NCBI GenBank assembly: GCA_029260905.1
Contig: JAJDCH010000010.1
Span: forward strand, 13,027-77,026
Source of the DNA: Candidatus Levyibacteriota bacterium
GTDB taxonomy: Bacteria > Patescibacteriota > Microgenomatia > Levybacterales > UBA12049
Direction of reading: 5' to 3'
DNA length: 64,000 nucleotides
Part shown: piece after piece, positions 56,326 through 64,000 of the stretch
Position numbering within the stretch: the stretch's first letter is position 1
Layout of the letters: the number at the start of each line of letters is the position of its first letter
The notes under the pieces: model-generated
The model's input: the letters and a program-made list of their open reading frames with translations, nothing else
Databases searched by the model: none
Told to the model about the DNA's origin: nothing
Made by a program: the position numbers and the translations under genes

Positions 56326-56931
56326 ATGATGAAAAGATTTAGTCTGATTTCAAAAGTTTTAACTATCGTTGTCTTGGGAATTTTAATTTTTTGGTTTTTT
56401 AATTTTTTTAAGAATAAACAAAATTATAATGTAAATTTGAGTAGGCAGACAGTGATTAAGCAAATTCAATCATTAAATAAACTAGAGACCTCTATTTTTA
56501 CAATCGAGAAAGTGATTGAGGTTGGTAAAAGCGGAAATGCTTTTGATCAATTTCTTTATGGAGATAGGATTTTGCTTATCGCGCATGGTCAGGTAATTGG
56601 TGGATTTGATCTTTCAAAACTTAGTGAGGAAGATGTAGAAATAAATGGTGGGACTCTTAAAATTCAGATGCCTTCACCTGAGATATTGGTTAGTAAGTTG
56701 GATAATGATGAGACGAGAGTCTATGATCGCCAGCAAGGGCTTTTGACCAAAGGAGATAAGGAGCTTGAGTCAACTGCAAGGCTTGAAGCAGAAAATGTTA
56801 TCAGAGGTGCAGCTTGTACTGGCGGGATTCTTCAGGAAGCAGAAAAAAATGGAAGAAATCAATTGACGAGTTTGTTTAAATCGCTCGGCTTTGAAACAGT
56901 TATTATCGAGATTCCTCGAGGCGATTGCTAG
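56326..56931 (+). CDS. DUF4230 family protein
   Basis: N-terminal TM; 'KLET', 'LLIAHGQVIGGFDLSKL', 'GILQEA'. Confidence 0.85.
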   Translation: MMKRFSLISKVLTIVVLGILIFWFFNFFKNKQNYNVNLSRQTVIKQIQSLNKLETSIFTIEKVIEVGKSGNAFDQFLYGDRILLIAHGQVIGGFDLSKLSEEDVEINGGTLKIQMPSPEILVSKLDNDETRVYDRQQGLLTKGDKELESTARLEAENVIRGAACTGGILQEAEKNGRNQLTSLFKSLGFETVIIEIPRGDC

Positions 56932-57815
56932 TTTGATATTAGTTTTTTTGCTGTATTCCAGAGTCTTTTATCCCCTTTTTGCTTTTTCCATAGCCAGTAT
57001 TCAAATCCCCAAAAAAGAATTGCTTCCGGGTTTAAGTTTTTTGCTTTTTGAAAATTTATCTTTAATATTTCAGGGTTCATACTTTTGGGATTATCTGCAA
57101 ATTTTTTTGCCGATGATTTTTCCCAAGGCTCTGCCTGAAGTTCTGTAATCCATATTGGTTTTGTAATATTTTTTATTTTGTTTTTTATAATTTTATTATC
57201 TGCCTGAAACCCTCCGTAAAGATTTTTAAAGATAGGCACTTTTGGATAAATATCAAGACCGATTATGTCTGAAATTTCAGCTACGCTTTTCAAATTTTTG
57301 GAAAAAAGTTCATTTCCCCAAAAGTTAATTATTATTTTTCTTTGTGGATCAAGTTTTTTTACTAGACTTACTTCTTTTTCCAGAAAACTTAAAGGAATTA
57401 TTAATTTATCAGGCCCGCTTTTATTCAGAGGTTCGTTTTCAACTTGCCAGCAAGTTATATATTTATATTTTTTAAATTCAGTTATTGTTTTTTCTATGAA
57501 GGCCAAAGCAGTTGATATCTGGGGAAGCTCATTTTCTCTTCTTGCAAATGGTGGTATGTAAAATTCGGGCCAACGGGGACCTTTTATACCAAGCGTGACA
57601 ATAGATTTTTGTTTGGCTTTTTCAAATCTAGAAAGGATATTATGAAGTTTTGTAAAATCGAATTCATTTTGTTTGGTTTCAATCTCGCTCCAATAGCAGC
57701 CGATTCGGACAATATCAAAACCAAAATTGAGTAATTCATGAATTGATTTTTCTGGATCCAATTTTAATTCCTTAATATGAAGACTACTGTAGCTTGTTCC
57801 TAGGATGCACTGCAT
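56928..57815 (-). CDS. clan GH-A glycoside hydrolase-like TIM-barrel protein
   Basis: 'YWSEIE', acid/base 'QVENEP', nucleophile 'WITELQAEPW', 'WGFEYW'. Confidence 0.8.
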   Translation of the reverse strand: MQCILGTSYSSLHIKELKLDPEKSIHELLNFGFDIVRIGCYWSEIETKQNEFDFTKLHNILSRFEKAKQKSIVTLGIKGPRWPEFYIPPFARRENELPQISTALAFIEKTITEFKKYKYITCWQVENEPLNKSGPDKLIIPLSFLEKEVSLVKKLDPQRKIIINFWGNELFSKNLKSVAEISDIIGLDIYPKVPIFKNLYGGFQADNKIIKNKIKNITKPIWITELQAEPWEKSSAKKFADNPKSMNPEILKINFQKAKNLNPEAILFWGFEYWLWKKQKGDKRLWNTAKKLISN

Positions 57816-60386
57816 TTAACTGGTTGCTTTTTTTGAAGCCTGTTTCTCTTGATTGTCTTTCTCCGTTTTGATTGATGCAGAATTGGAGGCATTGGTTGCC
57901 AGACATGTAGCGGATGCAACCCCGTCTGATGCATTTGAGAAGCGCATAAGTATCACTCCCTGTGTATCGCGGGAAAGTTTTGGAACATCTTTCATTTCAA
58001 GTTTGACGATTTGTCCCTTGGTAGATGTGATAATTATTTCTTCACATCCTGTTGGCACGACTTGGGCTGTAACGACTGGGCCTGTTTTTGGAGTAACTTT
58101 TGCAACTTTTACTCCTTGTCCACCTCTTCCCTGGAGCGGGAATTGGGACATCAATGTTTTTTTACCAAGACCATTTTCCATAATTGTCAAAATTTCTGCA
58201 TTATCACCTTTGGTAATAACATCCATGCCAACTACTCTATCTGATGAGTCAATTTTAATTCCCCTTACACCTGATGTTGCCCTACCCATAGCTCGTACTT
58301 GTTCTTCAGAAAATTTGATAGCTTTTCCTTTCTTGGTAACTATAAGTACCTGATCTGTGCCACTTGTTATATTGCTCCAGACCAGCTCATCGCCTTTTCC
58401 AAGTTTGATTGCAATCATTCCTGATTTGCGAATGTTATCAAATTCTTTTAATTTACTCTTTTTGACAGTACCATTGACTGTTGCCAGGAAGATATTTCCG
58501 GATTTTACATTTTTATCCATTACTACAAATGATTCTACTTTTTCGCCTTGCTCGATGTTGAGAAGGTTTACAATAGCTGAGCCCTTACTGGTTCTTGATG
58601 ATTCTGAGATTTCATAAGCACGAAGCGCGTATGCCTTTCCCTTGTTGGTAAAAAAGATTATATTGTCATGTGTTTGGGCATAGCGAATATGGGTAATGGT
58701 GTCTTCATCTTTGACATTCATGCCGGTTATTCCCTTTCCTCCCCTATGTTGAGTGTGAAAAGACGTCAGTGATTGTCTTTTGATATAACCCGTATTGGTT
58801 AAAGTGATGACAGTTGGCTCATTGGCGATTAGGTCTTCTTCAGAGAACTCACCGACCTTGCCTTTATAAACCTTGGTGCGTCTTGGGTCTGCGTATTTTT
58901 CTCTCAACTTTAAAATTTCAGTTTTTATGACATCCATGATTTTTTCAGGACGAGCTAGAAGATCTTCAAGATAAGCAATTGTTTCTTTAACCATCATCAG
59001 TTCGTCTTCTATTTTTTGTCTTTCAAGCGCAGCTAAGCGTCTTAGCTGCATATCAAGAATTGCAACTGATTGTATTTCTGAGAGTTTGAATCTTTTAATT
59101 AAGTTTTGTTTGGCTTCTTCTTGATCTTTTGATTCACGTATCGTTTTAATAACTGCGTCAATATTGTCAACTGCTATTTTGAGTCCCTCAAGAATATGAA
59201 GTCTTGCTTCTGCTTGTCTTAGTTCGTATTCTGATCTTTTTTTAATAATTATGTAGCGATGCTTGATGTATTCATCAAGAATAAGTTTGAGATTAAGAAT
59301 TTGTGGCGTTCCATTCACAAGCGCTACCATATTAACCGGGAAGCTTGTCTGCATCGAGGTTAATTTGAAAAGATTATTAAGTACTTTTTTGGGATATGAA
59401 TCTCTTTTTAGTTCAATATAAATTCTCATACCCCTTCTATCTGATTCATCTCTAAGATCAGAAATACCGTCAATTTTTTTGTCTTTAGCTAGATCTGCAA
59501 TTCTTGCAATAAGAAGCGCCTTGTTTACTTGATATGGAAGCTCGGTTACTATGATTGCTGATTTACCTTGTCCAATCTCTTCTATTTCGGCTTTTCCTCT
59601 AATAATTATTTTTCCACGACCGTTCACATATGCATTTCTTATTTCTGTTTGATCGTAAATCGCGCCAGCTGTTGGGAAATCAGGTCCTTTTATAAACTCA
59701 AGCAATTCATCGATTGTTGCATCGCTTACAAAATGAGGCGTTCCATCTGGATTTGTTGTTTCTGTCTTTCCAGATTTTGCAACTCTTGTTTTGCTGATTA
59801 GATAGATGATTGCATCAATTAACTCTCCCAGATTATGAGGTGGGATCTTGGTTGCCATACCAACAGCAATTCCTTCTGCTCCCATTAAAAGAAGATTTGG
59901 AAGTTTTGCTGGAAGATAGACTGGCTCATCTCGCGTGTTGTCAAAGGTTGGTGCATAGTCAACTGTTTCTTTGTCAATGTCAACAAGCATCTCGGCTGTA
60001 ATTGCCTGCATTTTGGCCTCTGTATAACGCATAGCAGCTGGAGGATCACCATCAACTGATCCGAAGTTTCCCTGACCATGAATAAGTGGGTATCTAACTG
60101 AAAAATCCTGTGCTAAACGTACCATAGCATCATAAATCGCTGTATCACCGTGAGGGTGGTAGTTTCCCATAACTTCACCAACCACCTTTGCGCTTTTGAG
60201 AAATTTGGAGGTGTGTGTGAGCCCCATCTCGTGCATAGCATAAAGAATTCTTCTATGAACTGGTTTGAGTCCGTCGCGTACATCAGGCAAAGCACGCGCG
60301 ACAATAACAGACATCGCATAGTTCAAATACGATTTCTTCATTTCCTCTGTCAGGTTTGTTGGTTGTAATTTACCTATTTGTGCCAT
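57816..60386 (-). CDS. gyrA: DNA gyrase subunit A
   Basis: 'YHPHGD', 'AAMRYTE', GyrA box 'QHRGGKG'; start moved to ATG 60386 to remove the overlap with ppa. Confidence 0.97.
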   Translation of the reverse strand: MAQIGKLQPTNLTEEMKKSYLNYAMSVIVARALPDVRDGLKPVHRRILYAMHEMGLTHTSKFLKSAKVVGEVMGNYHPHGDTAIYDAMVRLAQDFSVRYPLIHGQGNFGSVDGDPPAAMRYTEAKMQAITAEMLVDIDKETVDYAPTFDNTRDEPVYLPAKLPNLLLMGAEGIAVGMATKIPPHNLGELIDAIIYLISKTRVAKSGKTETTNPDGTPHFVSDATIDELLEFIKGPDFPTAGAIYDQTEIRNAYVNGRGKIIIRGKAEIEEIGQGKSAIIVTELPYQVNKALLIARIADLAKDKKIDGISDLRDESDRRGMRIYIELKRDSYPKKVLNNLFKLTSMQTSFPVNMVALVNGTPQILNLKLILDEYIKHRYIIIKKRSEYELRQAEARLHILEGLKIAVDNIDAVIKTIRESKDQEEAKQNLIKRFKLSEIQSVAILDMQLRRLAALERQKIEDELMMVKETIAYLEDLLARPEKIMDVIKTEILKLREKYADPRRTKVYKGKVGEFSEEDLIANEPTVITLTNTGYIKRQSLTSFHTQHRGGKGITGMNVKDEDTITHIRYAQTHDNIIFFTNKGKAYALRAYEISESSRTSKGSAIVNLLNIEQGEKVESFVVMDKNVKSGNIFLATVNGTVKKSKLKEFDNIRKSGMIAIKLGKGDELVWSNITSGTDQVLIVTKKGKAIKFSEEQVRAMGRATSGVRGIKIDSSDRVVGMDVITKGDNAEILTIMENGLGKKTLMSQFPLQGRGGQGVKVAKVTPKTGPVVTAQVVPTGCEEIIITSTKGQIVKLEMKDVPKLSRDTQGVILMRFSNASDGVASATCLATNASNSASIKTEKDNQEKQASKKATS

Positions 60387-60397
60387 AACGTCTTTTA

Positions 60398-60940
60398 CTA
60401 TTTGGAGAAACCCTCTTCTTTGAAGCGAGCGATACATTCATGGATGATCTTCTTCGCATCATTCACATCTCCCCAGCCAAGAACTTTGGTAGTTCCAGGT
60501 TTTTTAAGATCTTTGTAGTGAGCGAAATGAAACTCTATTTTTTGCATCCATCTTTTTCCAAGATCATCTATGGTTTTAATACTGTCACCAGTGTCTCGGT
60601 CATCTTCTGGAACACAGACAATTTTGTAATCCATTTCCCCGTCATCTTCAAAATTGAAAATACCAATAATTTTTGCATGCACTAGCACTCCAGTCGGGAT
60701 TGGCTCTGAGCAAACAACTAATACATCTAGTTCGTCGCCATCAGTGTCTTTTGTCGCAGGAATAAATCCATAATTTACAGGTTTGGGAAAGATAGATGGT
60801 TCTGCCCGATCAAGCATGAAGATACCGTGTTCACGGTCGTATTCTATTTTAAGAGTTGATCCTTCAGGAATATCTACAATTGCATTAATAAGACCTTCAT
60901 CAATTTGTCCTGGAGTAAGTATTTTATTAAAATCTGGCAT
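60398..60940 (-). CDS. ppa: family I inorganic pyrophosphatase
   Basis: 'NYGFIP', 'DGDELDVLV', 'DYKIVCVP', 'HYKDL'. Confidence 0.95.
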   Translation of the reverse strand: MPDFNKILTPGQIDEGLINAIVDIPEGSTLKIEYDREHGIFMLDRAEPSIFPKPVNYGFIPATKDTDGDELDVLVVCSEPIPTGVLVHAKIIGIFNFEDDGEMDYKIVCVPEDDRDTGDSIKTIDDLGKRWMQKIEFHFAHYKDLKKPGTTKVLGWGDVNDAKKIIHECIARFKEEGFSK

Positions 60941-60985
60941 ATATTTATTATAAATTATAACACAGTAACAACCTCAGACATTTAT

Positions 60986-62953
<1,968 letters not shown>

Positions 62954-63039
62954 TTATTATCTATCCATAATATACTAAACCAGATACAATTTCAAGCAGT
63001 TTGCTTTTTGTCAAATATTTCAACTAGACTATATGTCAT

Positions 63040-63195
63040 ATGAGTGAAGACTATATAGAAGTTGCAGAGCGTAAGGGTTTAACTCTTACCAGAGATTCAA
63101 AGAAGTTTTTAGTGAAATGGAGTAACTCCTTGCGTAAAACAGCTAAGGATATGGGTTTGGGGTTTGGTAAATTGATTTTGTCTAAGCAGAAATAA
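63040..63195 (+). CDS. putative 51-aa small protein or gene remnant (not in the ORF track)
   Basis: MSEDYIEVAERKGLTLTRDSKKFLVKWSNSLRKTAKDMGLGFGKLILSKQK* fills the gap before 63213. Confidence 0.35.
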   Translation: MSEDYIEVAERKGLTLTRDSKKFLVKWSNSLRKTAKDMGLGFGKLILSKQK

Positions 63196-63212
63196 ATGAA
63201 AAAAGAAAACCA

Positions 63213-63560
63213 ATGAAAGATTTGATATTAAAAATTTTGGAAGAAATTAACTTCAACGAGGATAAAGATGAGTTTGTAAATCAATTTTTAGAAAATATTA
63301 AAATCCAAACTATTATTGACTTGTTTGAGCTTTTGACCGATAAGGAAAAGGAAAAATTTAAGTCTGAGCTGACTGAAAATTCAGATTCTTCTACATCTAT
63401 AAACATTGTTTTGAATAAATTTTTTTCTGATGACCAGATTGGTAAGGCAGTTGAGGGTGCTGCCAAAAATGCTATTTCTGACTGGATGGAGATGATTGGA
63501 CCTGCTCTTGATGATGACCAAAGGCAAAAGCTTCTTAGTGTTTCAGCCTCTCTTGTTTAA
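63213..63560 (+). CDS. hypothetical acidic helical protein
   Basis: 115-aa ORF. Confidence 0.65.
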   Translation: MKDLILKILEEINFNEDKDEFVNQFLENIKIQTIIDLFELLTDKEKEKFKSELTENSDSSTSINIVLNKFFSDDQIGKAVEGAAKNAISDWMEMIGPALDDDQRQKLLSVSASLV

Positions 63561-63633
63561 CAATAAAATTATTTAGTCTAATGATTTAGATTATTAGACT
63601 ATTGCTTGATAGTATTAAATTGTATGTTATCAT

Positions 63634-63975
63634 ATGGATATGAAGATAGGTGGGGATTTAACACAGAAAAAATGTGTGCCTTGCGAGGGTGGTGTAAAGC
63701 CCCTGACGCCGGATGAGTACGGTGCATATTTGCGTAACGAATTGGATGGATGGGTTGATATTGATGGGATGAAAATTGAGAAGGAATATAAATTTAAAAA
63801 CTTCAGAGAAGCTTTGGGGTTTGTAAATCGCGTTGGTCAGATTGCGGAGTCAGAGGGTCATCACCCAGACATCAATCTGTATGGCTGGAATAAGGTAAAA
63901 TTAACGCTCTCAACTCATGCAATCGGCGGCCTGTCAGAAAACGATTTTATTCTAGCTTCAAAGATTGATAGTTAA
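63634..63975 (+). CDS. phhB: pterin-4-alpha-carbinolamine dehydratase
   Basis: 'CVPCEGG', 'AESEGHHPDI', 'THAIGGLSENDFILA'. Confidence 0.93.
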   Translation: MDMKIGGDLTQKKCVPCEGGVKPLTPDEYGAYLRNELDGWVDIDGMKIEKEYKFKNFREALGFVNRVGQIAESEGHHPDINLYGWNKVKLTLSTHAIGGLSENDFILASKIDS

Positions 63976-64000
63976 GTTTACATATATATTTACAATTAAG

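Noticed and set aside
60387-60437. N-terminal extension of GyrA overlapping ppa (likewise the long starts given for ychF, yebC, murF and others)
   Set aside because: Downstream ATGs match family N-termini and, for most, follow -10 boxes; the extensions result from longest-ORF calling.
63573-63610. Weak period-8 run (tagattat tagactat), and a purine-rich period-9 run near 41131-41158
   Set aside because: Only two or three degenerate units each; not distinguishable from chance by eye.

Overview
AT-rich, gene-dense bacterial chromosome segment read with genetic code 11. Gene content and style (short RF1, MGRG-type EF-P, many orphan genes, GT-C membrane proteins) suggest a CPR/Patescibacteria genome, probably Microgenomates; this is an inference. 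Core genes include ychF, rpsF-ssb-rpsR, prfA, rpmE, hisS, dnaB, efp, yebC, folD, gyrB-ppa-gyrA and tRNA-Leu(CAA). No prophage, transposase or CRISPR array was seen. Main points of interest: (1) period-7 repeat elements, often palindromic, found at gene junctions and in frame inside folD, an M24 peptidase and an RluA-family gene; (2) an argG(+MGS)-argF-amidohydrolase-pyrD-pyrF-pyrE operon with no pyrB, pyrC or carAB in the window; (3) a YqeG-type HAD phosphatase fused to a CDP-alcohol phosphotransferase; (4) a GT4 enzyme resembling fungal trehalose phosphorylase; (5) a 1.06-kb non-coding region with DnaA boxes, iteron-like repeats and a 28-bp dif-like site, with a matching half-site in the promoter of the nearby Xer recombinase; (6) a duplicated ychF 3' end flanking an orphan gene; (7) widespread leaderless promoter architecture. 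All calls come from reading motifs by eye; no searches were run.
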